From Anolis carolinensis (taxonomy: Eukaryota), in contig NC_085842.1 in the NCBI RefSeq assembly GCF_035594765.1, positions 21,614,782 to 21,678,781 on the forward strand: a stretch of 64,000 nt of DNA, in the 5' to 3' direction. A model generated the notes under the pieces. The model saw only the letters and a list, made by a program, of their open reading frames with translations, was not told where the DNA came from and ran no database searches. Positions within the stretch are counted from its first letter, which is position 1. Every line of letters starts with the position of its first letter. The position numbers and the translations under genes were made by a program. This document shows positions 24,979-36,565 of the stretch, in pieces.

Positions 24979-25171
24979 TGTATTTATGAATTTAGCTCCA
25001 AAATATCACGATGTATTGAAAACATTGACTACAAAAATGTGTTGGATAATCCAGAACGTTGGATAAGCGAGTGTTGGATAAGTGAGACTCTACTGTACAT
25101 CATTTTTTGACATGCTTTTCAGTACACTTTAATAAGCTGTCAAAAAGCTTTCAAATTCCCGTATTTAACAA

Positions 25172-25816
25172 CTAGCTGTACCTGGCCATGTGTTGCTGTG
25201 GCTCAGTCTAGTTAAATGGAAAAGAAAGAGCAAGAACACCTTTGCAATATATTTTCAAATATTTTTAATTTCACTATGCTTGTGGGAAAACAATATTGTT
25301 TGTTGTTCCATTGTCTGTGCAGATGTAGAGATTGTGTGGTTTGCTGGATCTAGAACACACAGCATATAATTGTCTATGTGAGAAGCAATCCGTGTTTAGG
25401 TCTACTCCGCACAATTCTAAAGAATGGCCCTGTGCTTTGTTGATGGTGATTGCAAACGCCAATCGAATAGGGAATTGCAGTCACTTATATCGAATTGGCA
25501 TATCTGTTGGAATCGTAGGAATGCGAGGAATGGGGACATCTTCACCTTTGGAAGTTCCTGTTAAGATTGTTAATATCTACAACAGGGGTCCCCAAACTTT
25601 TTAAACAGGGGGCCAGTTCACGATCCTTCGGACCGTTGGAGGGCCGAACTATAGTTGGCCACCGAGCAATAAATAATAATAATAACAACAACAACAACAA
25701 CAATAAAAAAGAGGGTTGGAGGAGACCCTTTGGGCCATTGAGTCCAATCCCCCTCTGCCTTTGTGCACCGAAAGCACAAACAAAGCACCCCTGACAGATG
25801 GCCACCCAGAATCAAT

Positions 25817-25873
<57 letters not shown>

Positions 25874-26039
25874 GAGGGTTAGAAGAGACCCCTTGTGCCA
25901 TTTAGTCCAATCCCCTTCTGCCTTTGTGCACCAAAAGTACAAGCAAAGCACTCCTGACAGACGGCCACCCAGCCTCAATGTTAATAATAACCAAAAGTAC
26001 AAGCAAAGCACTCCTGACAGACGGCCACCCAGCCTCAAT

Positions 26040-26074
<35 letters not shown>

Positions 26075-26311
26075 GGGTTAGAAGAGACCCCTTGTGCCAT
26101 TTAGTCCAATCCCCTTCTGCCTTTGTGCACCAAAAGTACAAGCAAAGCACTCCTGACAGACGGCCACCCAGCCTCAATGTTAATAATAATAATAATAATA
26201 ATAAAGAGGGTTAGAAGAGACCCCTTGTGCCATTTAGTCCAATCCCCTTCTGCCTTTGTGCACCAAAAGTACAAGCAAAGCACTCCTGACAGATGGCCAC
26301 CCAGCCTCAAT

Positions 26312-26369
<58 letters not shown>

Positions 26370-26920
26370 CTTGTAAGAGAAGAAGAGACCCCTTGGGTCA
26401 TTTAGCCCAACCCCCTTCTGCCCTTGTGCTGTGGAGGCCGGATAAATGGCTTTGATGGGCCGCATCTGGCCCCCGGGCCTTAGTTTGGGGACCCCTGATC
26501 TACAACATTGCTCTTTTTTATTACTGCAAGCCACGTGCTGTTGCAAAGCTTTGTCTGGTGGCTATTTCACAACATAATTGGCACACTGATTTTCAAATGC
26601 AGTACATGTGGTGGCATCCCTGGCAGATTGCATGAATTCCAACATTTGTTGGTTAATTAACCACTTCATCTGCTTCCGCAACAGTGTCGGCGGACTTGTT
26701 TGTGACTGCCTCGTTTTGAACGGTAGACTGAATAATATTGCTCAGTTCGCAGACGTCTTTGTTCTTGGCCACAAGAATAGCTCATTCACTCAGCCAGTCG
26801 TGTTTTTTTTTATCATTGGTTAGAATATTGGGAAATACTTATTCAACCAGTAATTCTTTTGACATCACTAAATTGCAGTAGTTTTGAGGCAATGAAATTC
26901 GTCCTGAGATCAGATCAACT
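25172..26920 (-). mobile_element. Helitron RepHel (Pif1-like helicase) 3' remnant
   Basis: AFAITINKAQGHSLELCGVDL...CFSHRQLYAVCSR (helicase motifs V/VI), followed by the hairpin-CTAG terminus. Confidence 0.85.
25583..26497. mobile_element. hAT MITE with an internal tandem array, inserted in the Helitron remnant
   Basis: TIR caggggtccccaaact at both ends, perfect 8-bp TSD atctacaa. Confidence 0.88.
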
Positions 26921-26962
26921 GGCTCCTAACTGTTCCCAATTTCCAGCAATTGATGTGAGAAT

Positions 26963-27590
26963 AGGGTTGTTGTATGTTTTCCGGGCTGTATGGCCATGTT
27001 CCAGAAGCATTCTCTCCTAACGTTTTGCCCACATCTATGGCAGGCATCCTCAGAGGTTGTGAGGTATGAAGAAACTAAGCAAGGAAGTCTGTGGAAAGTC
27101 CAGGGCGAGAGAACAACTCTTGTCAGTTGGAGGCCAGTGTGAATGTTGTAATTAATCACCTAAATTAGCATTGAAAAACTTCATCTCCTGGCTTCTTCTT
27201 GCCTGGGGGAATCCTTTGTTCAGAGTCGTTAGTTGCCCCTGATTGATTCATGTCTGGAACTCCTCTGTTTTCAGAGTGTTGCTTCTTATTTACTGTTCTG
27301 ACGCAGCGCCCAAACACGAGTCAAAGAACATGAAAGGCACTACACACTTACTCAACCAGAGAAATCAGCCGTAGCAGAGCACCTGATGAACCAACCTGGA
27401 CACAGTATATTATTTGAGAACACAGAAATGCTCGACCACTCCAACAACTATTATGTCAGTCTACACAGAGATGCCATTGAAATCCACAAGCATGTGGACA
27501 ACTTCAACAGAAAGGAGGAAACCATGAAAATCAACAAAATCTGGCTTCCAGTATTAAAAAACTAAAACATCAGAACAGTAAATATGAAGC
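26963..27590. mobile_element. Penelope fragments, inverted junction
   Basis: Minus-strand pseudo-LTR joined to a plus-strand GIY-YIG tail. Confidence 0.8.
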
Positions 27591-27788
27591 AAGGTTAAAA
27601 ATCAATGGTCAACTATCAGACTACATTGACATACAAAAAGGGACTAGACAAGGCTGCCCGTTGTCCCTACTATTATCTATTATGGGACTGGAAATCTTAA
27701 ATGTCAGAATAAGAGGAGAGAAGGAAATTACTGGTTTAAAGATCAGTGGCCAAGATCTAAAAATTAGGACTTATGCAGACGATATAGT
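27590..27788 (+). mobile_element. L1/Tx1-type RT fragment
   Basis: KINGQLSDYIDIQKGTRQGCPLS...IRTYADDI. Confidence 0.75.
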
Positions 27789-28204
27789 CCAGGGGTCCCC
27801 AAACTAAGGCCCGGGGGCCGGATGCGGCCCTCCAAGGTCATTTACCTGGCCCCCGCCCTCAGTTTTATAATATAATATTTTTATATCATTTTTAATAATA
27901 TAATATATTGTATATACATATAATATTGATAATAATATTATAATGTTATACAATATAATAATACCATATAATAATATTAATTATATGTTATATATTACAT
28001 ATAATATTACAGTATAGTGGTATAGTTCAATTCAATATCTATCTACAGTATATATATAAAAGGGTAATGAAATTTCAGCCTAGGACAAAACAACAAAACT
28101 ACACATTCCAGAAACACAAAACTTGGCAGCACAACCCTTCATCCATGCCTCTACGTTCATACAACAAAAAGAAAAGAAAAAGTCCTAATTAGAGGGAGAG
28201 GACT

Positions 28205-28505
28205 AATCCAGTCATGTCTGACTCTGGGGGTTGGTGCTCATCTCCATTTCTAAGCCAAAGAGCCGGTGTTGTCCATAGACACCTCCAAAGTCATGTGGCC
28301 GGCATGACTGCATGGAGCGCCGTTACCTTTCAACCGGAGCAGTGCCTATTGATCTACTCACATTGGCATGTTTTCAAACTGCTAGGTTGGCAGAAGCTGG
28401 AGCAACAGCAGGCGCTCATTCCGCTCCCGGGATTTGAACCTGGGACCTTTCGGTCTGCAAGTTCAGCAGCTCAGTGCTTTAACACACTTAGCCACCGGGG
28501 CTCCT
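28205..28505 (-). mobile_element. Sauria-type SINE
   Basis: Reverse complement of the 51127-51465 type. Confidence 0.8.
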
Positions 28506-28519
28506 ACAATGTACATATA

Positions 28520-28839
28520 CAGTAGAGTCTCACTTATCCAAGCTAAACGGGCTGGCAGAAGCTTGGATAAGCGAATATCTTGGATAATGAGGGATTAAGG
28601 GAAAGTCTATTAAACATCAAATTAGGTTATGATTTTACAAATTAAGCACCAAAACTTCATGTTATACAACAAATTTGACAGAAAACGTAGTTCAATACGC
28701 ATTAATGTTATGTTGTAATTAATGTATTTACGAATTTAGCACCAAAATATCATGATATATTGAAAACATTGACTACAAAAATTGCTTGGATAATCCAGAG
28801 GCTTGGATAAGCGAGGCTTGGATAAGTGAGACTCTACTG
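28520..28839. mobile_element. Tc1/pogo type MITE
   Basis: TIR with TA flank. Confidence 0.85.
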
Positions 28840-29610
28840 TACATGGCAAACATTCAATGCTATTAGGCGTACGACATACAGACAGAGACACAGAGGCAAT
28901 TTAACATTTTCCAGCTTCCAGGCTTCATGAGGGTATGCTCAATTCCGGCCACAGGGGGAGCTGCTGCTTCATCATCCACTGTGACACCGAGTCCTTGATG
29001 GAGTACTTCCTCATTCTTCCCCACGCTGATGGACATTTTTATGGTCACGTAAATTAGTTAAATTAGCTTTCCCCACGTAAAGCCTAATTTCCTACTCAAC
29101 AAATGCAACTGTCTTTTGGTTGCTTAGGTCACCAACAAGCTAAGCTATTTAATGGTCGGGTACTCAATCCGGCACGGGCTGGTTTCAAACTCATGACCTC
29201 TTGGTCAGTAATGATTTCTTGGTCAGTAGCATCAGGCTACTAACCAGCCGTACCATAGTCCGGCCTAAAACTATAGCTCTCACAATTCCAGAGTATTTGG
29301 ACATGGCAGTCAAAGAAGTGCCAAGGTGCATTAATTCCAAAGTATAGATGCACCCATCAACTTGCCATGAAGACTTTAAGATCCTCCCACAGTCCACACT
29401 ATGGCGGGTTTCGTGGCAGACCTGGCAGTCCAGTGTCTGCTACAGCACTCCAAGGCAACCTGTTGTGATAACCTGGAGGCACATCATTGCTCCTGGCTTG
29501 TGGTCCAAGTGGATGATTTCACAAAGAGACTAGCTCCTGAGGTCACTCAGGGTTGGTCCCAGCAGTGAGCGCATCTGAAGCCCAGTTCATGCAGAAACAG
29601 GGTGTACAGG

Positions 29611-30256
29611 ATGGGGCTGCCCATTCTGCCAACGTTTTACGGTCCTCCAGTTTGGTGGGTGGTTTTTCTCCTGGTGGCGCAATGGGCAGGAACAGCCTAT
29701 AGCTGTCCCCAAAACTGCACCTGTGAAACGTGGAAGATGAACTGCACCAACCAGGGCTTGACAGAAGTGCCAAAAAACATCTCCCCCGTGACCCGGCACC
29801 TCATTCTGCGCCTAAACCTCATCGAAGCCCTGCCGATATTGGACCTGACCGTTCTCAACGAACTGGTCTACCTGGATTGCAGCCACAACCTGATCACCAT
29901 GAACGAGATGTACCAGTTCCCTTTCGTGGAGAAGCTGTCTTACTTGGACCTGAGTTACAACAAAATCTCCCACCTCAACAGCCGGACGTTCTCCCGGGTG
30001 TCCAATCTGCTGCTGCTCAATCTGTCCTACAACCCGACGATGAAGGTGATCAACCCCCACTCCTTTGATCACAACCGCTTGCTGCGATACGTGGACATGA
30101 GCAGCTGCAACCTGAGCCTGCTCAGTGCCGAACTGTTCCGGGATCAGTACAACCTCCACCGCTTGGGGCTGAGCAACAACCCCTTTATCTGCGACTGCAA
30201 TTTACTGGAATTCATCAACTGGCTGCTCAAGCCCAAAGTGAATTGGGACATCATCG
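29611..30256 (+). CDS. LRRC52-like: LRRC52-like B exon 1 (signal peptide, LRRNT, LRRs, start of LRRCT)
   Basis: MGLPIL...WWVVFLLVAQWAGTAYSCPQNCTC..MNC..LVYLDCSHN..KLSYLDLSYN..LRYVDMSSC..NPFICDC. Phase-1 donor ATCG|gtgagg. Confidence 0.9.
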
Positions 30257-30365
30257 GTGAGGCCTTTCTGTATGACTCTGTCCTTCTTATCAGGGGTACA
30301 GGCAGGAAAACAAAAACCACAGGAATGTTAACCCTTCCCTATGCTATCCAAAGCATGCATGCATA

Positions 30366-30904
30366 TCTATATATATAAAAGAGTGATGGCATCAGGGCAG
30401 CGGACAAAACAACAAAATTACAGCCCCCCCAACCTCGAAATTTGACAACACAACCCATCATTCACGGCTCTAGGTTGATACAACAAAAAGAAAAGTAAAA
30501 TAAAGTCCTAATTACAGGGAGAGGAATAATAGTTTTTATCCAATTGCTGCCAGTTTGAAGGCTAAGCTCCGCCCACTTGGTCTCCTAGCAACCTCCTCAG
30601 CCCAGGGGACAGGCACAGTTAGGCCTCACTTAGGCCTCTTCCATAGATTATCAGATTTTAACTGAATTATATGGCAGTGTAGATTCAAGGCCCTTCCACA
30701 CAGCTATATAACCCATTTAGAACCTTATATTATCTGCTTTGAACTGGATTATCTTGACTCCACACTGCCACATAATCCACTTCAGTGTGCATACTAAACA
30801 TAAAGACAACCATACAACAGACATTCAATACCATCACTACCTCAACAATTTCTCATCAACACTACCAGACAACGCCACAGCAACGCATGGCCGGGCACAG
30901 CTAA
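30366..30904 (+). mobile_element. Non-autonomous Helitron
   Basis: TC start and hairpin end; near-identical to 20720-21257. Confidence 0.8.
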
Positions 30905-30945
30905 TATATATATATATAATATATATGCACACACACACACACATA

Positions 30946-31628
30946 CAGTAGAGTCTCACTTATCCAAGCCTCGCTTATCCAAGTTTCTAGATTATCCAAG
31001 CCATTTTTGTAGTCAATGTTTTCAATATATCGTGATATTTTGGTGCTAAATTCGTAAATACAGTAATTACAACATAACATTACTGCGTATTGAACTGCTT
31101 TTTCTGTCAAATTTGTTGTATAACATGATGCTTTGGTGCTTAATTTGTAAAATCATAACCTAATTTGATGTTTAATAGGCTTCTCCTTAATCCCTCCTTA
31201 TTATCCAAGATATTCGCTTATCCAAGCTTCTGCCGGCCCGTTTAGCTTGGATAAGTGAGACTCTACTGTAATTACAACATAACATTACTGTGTATTGAAC
31301 TGCTTTTTCTGTCAAATTTGTTGTATAACATGATGCTTCGGTGTTTAATTTGTAAAATCATAACCTAATTTGATGTTTAATAGGCGTTTCCTTAATCCCT
31401 CCTTATCCTTTTTTAGGATGTTTTTAAGATATTTTTAAAGATGTTTTAAAGATGTTTTTAAGATGTTTTTAAATTGTTGATTTTAGCCGGGTCTTGCAAG
31501 CCGCCTCGAGCCCTAGGGGAGTGGCGGCATATCAGTTTGAAAAATAAATAAATAAATAAATAATCCAAGATATTCACTTATCCAAGCTTCTTCCGGCCCA
31601 TTTAGCTTGGATAAGTGAGACTCTACTG
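30946..31628. mobile_element. Tc1/pogo MITE plus a tandem partial duplicate
   Basis: Full copy at 30946-31268, then its right part is repeated with an L2-tail insert. Confidence 0.75.
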
Positions 31629-31639
31629 TATATATATAC

Positions 31640-32875
31640 CAGCTTGGGGACCTGGCAGTGCCCGGGTCATTTGAGTGGTATTATTTGTCTTTGAATGTTA
31701 TGTATTCTGTTTGGAGTGGGTGAACTACAATTCCCAGGATCGTGGGTCAATCCTCCCCAAATCCCGGCAGTATGAAAGGTTGGCCATTTTGGGCCTGTGT
31801 GCCAAGTGTGGTCCAGATCTGTCGTTGGCAGGTCATCGCCTGGCCGCAGTGCTGTGTGGATGGGGGTGAATGACTACAACTCCCAGAGTCCCGGGGCAAT
31901 TGCTCCAAAACATCTGTCAGTATCCAGAGCAGGCAATGTTCAGTCTATGTGCCAAGTTTGGTCCAGATCGGTCATTGGCTGGGTTTAGTGGTGTTTGGAT
32001 GCAGGTGAACTACAACTCCCAAAATCAAGGCCCATTCCCACAAACACCTGCAGTATGTTCAGTTGGTCATGTGGTCCCGGTCGATTGCCGGTGGGGGTCA
32101 CTGTTTCTCTGGATGTAGGTGAACTATAACTCCCTTTTCCCCAAACTTGTCCGATATGTTCTGTTGGTTATGGGGGTTCTGTGTGCCAAGTTTGGTCCTG
32201 GTCCATCATCGGAGAGGTTTGGAGTGCTCATTCATTGCAGGAGAACTATAAATCCCAGGACCTACTACTCCCAAATGTCCATGCCAATTCCCCTTAAAAC
32301 CCACCAGTATTCAAATCTGCGTGTCAAGTTTGGTCCAGACCCATCATTGTCTGGGTTTATAGCATTTTGTGTGTAGGTGAACTACAACTCCTCTACATTC
32401 CCCAGTAAGAGTCACAGTGCTCTGAGTTGATGCGAGGCGAACTACAACTTCCACCATGTGGAGTCAATCCCCCAAACTCCTCCAGTAAGTTTAGTTGCTG
32501 CTCAGATCTGCTCTGTTTGTTATGCAGAGAGATTGGAAAGGGAAGGGCAGTGGGTGGAGCCATGCAAACTCCACACCAATGGAGAACCCTGGGAGTCCTG
32601 CCTGTGGTGGAAGAAAAAGCAAAATCTAGGAGGAAATGGTCCCCAAATGAAAGCATTCCTTGGGTGGTGAGCCGTAGTGTTTGGGGAGGACATTGGGTTT
32701 GGGCTACATATTCATGGCACTCGCTGTAACCGCAATGTCAGTGGAAAGGAGTGACTTGCTTGCTTGTCAGCACTGGGAAGTGTAGCCTGTTTGAGGATGC
32801 CGGAGGCTGTCTGTGTGAGTGGACACGTGTGCCACATACACATGTATGGGTTTTCGCTTTTATTACGGATTTAGA
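31640..32875 (-). mobile_element. Helitron-like element with an internal minisatellite
   Basis: Minus strand starts TC..taataaaagcgaaa and ends in a GC hairpin plus ctgg. Tandem gtgaactacaactccc...gccaagtttggtcca units. Confidence 0.45.
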
Positions 32876-32908
32876 TTTAGATTAGATTAGATTTAGATTT
32901 AGTTTAGA

Positions 32909-33443
32909 CTAGCTGTGCCTGGCCACGTGTTGCTGTGGCATTGTCTGGTGGTGTTGGTGAGAAATTGTTGAGGTAGTGATGGTATTGAATGTCTGTTGTA
33001 TGGTTGTCTTTATGTTTAGTATGCACACTGAAGTGGATTATATGGCAGTGTGGAGTCAAGATAATCCAGTTCAAAGCAGATAATATAAGATTCTAAATGG
33101 GTTATACAGCTGTTTGGAAGGACCTTGAGTCTACACTGCCATATAATCCAGTTAAAATCTGATAATCTGTGGAAGAGGCCTAAGTGAGGCCTAATTGTGC
33201 CTGTCCCCTGGGCTGAGTAGGTTTCTAGGAGACCAAGTGGGCGGAGCTTAGCCTTCAAACTGGCAGCAATTGGATAAAAACTATTATTCCTCTCCCTGTA
33301 ATAAGGACTTTTTCTTTTCTTTTTGTTGTATCAACCTAGAGCCGTGAATGATGGATTGTGTTGTCAAATTTCGAGGTTGGGGGGGCTGTAGTTTTGTTGT
33401 TTTGTCTGCTGCCCTGATGCCATCACTCTCATATATATATAGA
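32909..33443 (-). mobile_element. Non-autonomous Helitron within a (TTAGA/TTTAGA)n tract
   Basis: Reverse complement of 30366-30904. Confidence 0.8.
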
Positions 33444-34039
33444 TTAGATTTAGATAGATAGATTTAGATTTAGATAGATTTAGATTTAGATTAGATTAGT
33501 TAGATTTAGATTTAGATTTAGATTAGATAGATATAGATTAGATTAGATATAGATATATGTATACATGTATATATGTTATGTGTATATATTATTCTGGTCA
33601 GTTCTGGGGTCTCAAATGCTAGACCTGTTTCTGGGTATATCTGACCTGCTGATTTCACAAATTGCATCGGTTTTCCCCTATCAGCTCCGGTTTTTGAGAT
33701 AAAGAACATATGCCACATACTAGTTGCCATCTGCTTGCCTATAAAAAATCATGATATTTTAATGTAGTGTTTAAATTTGTATATTTTAAGCATGAAGGAA
33801 ATATATTAAAATTTTAAAGAAAACTGTATGATATGAAAATCATACTAAAAGCACAAATTTATGATTCAAACATTATGATATAAATCTAAGACATTAGAGC
33901 TAATGCAGTCTATTCAGGTGTAAAAACCGAGACACGAGGAATTCTTTGTTCTTGGCCCATGTTGTTGTATTTGTGGTTGTTGTTGTTATGGCCCCACTTT
34001 TCTTTATTGAGGCCTTTGTTGCATGCTTACCCCCTGCAG

Positions 34040-34320
34040 ATCCAGAAAATACTGCTTGCAAGGAGCCTTCGATACTGAAATTTGTGCCGATCCTACAAGC
34101 TGAAGAATTTCTCCATGAACAATGTCTGCAAGAGACTATTTTAGTGGATCACGCAAGGACAGCTTTGTACACCGTCGGCTTCTTCGTGGGAGGAACTTTA
34201 GCCGCCTGGGTGTTGGGGGTGATATCTGTGATTTTTTACCACCCTATATTTAAACGGGTGGACGAGTTGGATGAAGAGCGAGAGTACATAGGGATTTATA
34301 AAGAGTCTTTTGGGCATTGA
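34040..34320 (+). CDS. LRRC52-like: LRRC52-like B exon 2 (spliced product about 308 aa)
   Basis: cctgcag|AT; (D)PENTACKEP...ILQAEEFLHEQC...GFFVGGTLAAWVLGVISVIFY, then an acidic tail DELDEERE. Confidence 0.88.
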
Positions 34321-34548
34321 CATGTTATGCAAAAAGAACCTCGTTCCAACTTTGGGCGTTGATTGCAACATGTCATTGCAAAATTGCGAAATCTCGTCCT
34401 TTCGTGCTTTATTTCTTTGATTTATGTCTCACTTTTCAAGGGAGCGATTAGTCATTTCCACATTTTCTCCTTTTATAGTTAACAAAGAATGGGAAAGGGT
34501 CACCTTGAGGCATCAAGAACTGATACAATAATTTTGGAGAGTTGGGTG

Positions 34549-34692
34549 NNNNNNNNNNNNNNNNNNNNNNNNNNNNNNNNNNNNNNNNNNNNNNNNNNNN
34601 NNNNNNNNNNNNNNNNNNNNNNNNNNNNNNNNNNNNNNNNNNNNNNNNNNNNNNNNNNNNNNNNNNNNNNNNNNNNNNNNNNNNNNNNNNNN
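34549..34692. other. Assembly gap
   Basis: Run of N. Confidence 1.
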
Positions 34693-36565
34693 CACCTTGA
34701 CATGGTGGGGGGGGGGCTTAACTGCTCCAATGATGACTGAGGGCTGTGCTGGCGGTAGTGTAACTACCGGCAGGTCCAACCAAGCCAGAGAGGCCTCAGC
34801 TGAGGAGCACAACCAAGAGCACCTAACCCATTAGCATTATGGAGAATCAAACCCAAACGAAGTCTATACTGGCTGGGTCGTCGCCCAGGATAAAAAGGAC
34901 CGCGGAGGATGCTGCTGATTCTGAACATCCATCGACAAGTGGGCTACGGAATCATCAAAACCCAAATGAACAGTCACAGAAGCGGCAAAAATATACAATG
35001 CCAGAAAACCGCACAATTATGAAATGCTACTACAAATCTGAACCTCAAAGGCGTGGCTACCAAAAAAGGATGCATCAGCTATGGAAACAAGAGTACCCTG
35101 ACTCACAGATAACAGAACCCCGACTGGCTGACCAACGAAGATTCATAATCAGAAACAAAGTGTTCAGTGAAGTTGAACTCGAAGAAATCCAGAAAATTTG
35201 CAAAGTAGATTACCATCAGACCACAGCACAGACAGCAGCAGAGACTCCAGCAACACTTGGAATGGTGGAACAGATTGAACCGGAAGAAAGTGTGGCACTT
35301 TTGCAAGAATTTGAAGAACCAGCACTTGAAACATCTGTTGAACCACCAGGAACCTTGACAGCAAGACAACAAGAGCTCAAGGATAAGATCATGGCTCATG
35401 CTGCAGCAAATGCAATAAGAAAGCGGCTCCCAACTCTAAAAACAGTGCCCAAGAGACAACTGGCGCCTCTCATGAAAGATGTGAATGCAGTACTCTCCAC
35501 TGTTCAAATAACATCAATTGAACAAACAAACAAACCAGTTTGCCTACAGTGCAGCAGTGATAGTAACAGAAGAACTTGGGCTCCTACAACCAAGGCAGCC
35601 CCAAAGAAAATCGACTGGAAAACCAAAGTGGAAGGTCAGGCTAGAGTTGAAAATCAAGAAACTTAGATCAGATGCAAGTAACCTGAAAAATATGAAAGAG
35701 AGGAAACTGAAGAATGACAAAATCAAGCAATACCTGATCCGAAAGTACTGGCTGAACACCAGAAAAATTGAAGAAGCTTTGGAAATCGTGAAAGAACAAA
35801 TTACAGCAACAGCCAGAAAAATTGAAAGGTATGAAGCCAGAATCATCCAGTACAGACAAAATCAACTGTTTCAATCAGACCAAAGACGGTTCTACCAGAG
35901 TCTGAACCAAACAACAGACACAGTAACCATAAAGCCAGAGAAAACTGCAACAACAAAGTTCTGGAAAGAACTTTGGGAAAATAATAAAAACTACAACAAA
36001 AACGCTGGGTGGATAAAGGAGTTTGAAGGAAAATTCTCACAGAACAAAATGGAGCAGATGGAAATAACAACTGAAATGATCAGCAAACGAGTGCAAAAAG
36101 TCAAGAACTGGACATCGCCTGGTAGTGATCAACCTCATGGATTTTGGCTCAAACATCTGATTAGTTTACATGGAAAAATGGCCCAACAATTCAATGAGAT
36201 GCTGCAGAAAGGAAGTATCAGTGAATGGCTAACAACTGGAAGAACATACCTGATACAAAAGGATCCAGCAAAAGGAGCAGCACCAGGAAACTACAGGCCA
36301 ATAACGTGTCTGCCCACTATGTTTAAACTACTGACTGGCATCATAGCTGACAGAATTCAAGACTATCTTGAAGAAAAAAACATCTTGCCAGATGAACAGA
36401 AAGGCAACAAACGGAAAAGCAGGGGCACAAAAGACCAGTTATTGATTGACAAAATGATTCTGGAGAACTGTAAGAGCCGAAAAGCTAATCTTCACATGAC
36501 GTGGATTGACTACAAAAAGGCCTTTGACTCACTCCCACACAGCTGGATCATCAAGTGCCTGGACG

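Larger units (their letters stand above)
23893..25095. mobile_element. Tc1/pogo MITE split by a SINE and a solo LTR
   Basis: TIRs at both ends; the MITE sequence resumes after each insert. Confidence 0.85.

Noticed and set aside
25583-26497. Repeat-spacer pattern superficially like a CRISPR array
   Set aside because: Vertebrate DNA; units are ~120 bp, the spacers are (AAT)n, and there are no cas genes.
20720-33443. Near-identical Helitrons in the introns of both LRRC52-like genes as evidence of recent duplication
   Set aside because: Flanks and nesting contexts differ and the exons are far more diverged, so these are independent insertions.
34723-34809. Independent box C/D guide snoRNA or SECIS element
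   Set aside because: The region 5' of box D is base-paired, leaving no guide. It lies in a retrotransposon 5' UTR, not in the 3' UTR of a UGA-containing gene.
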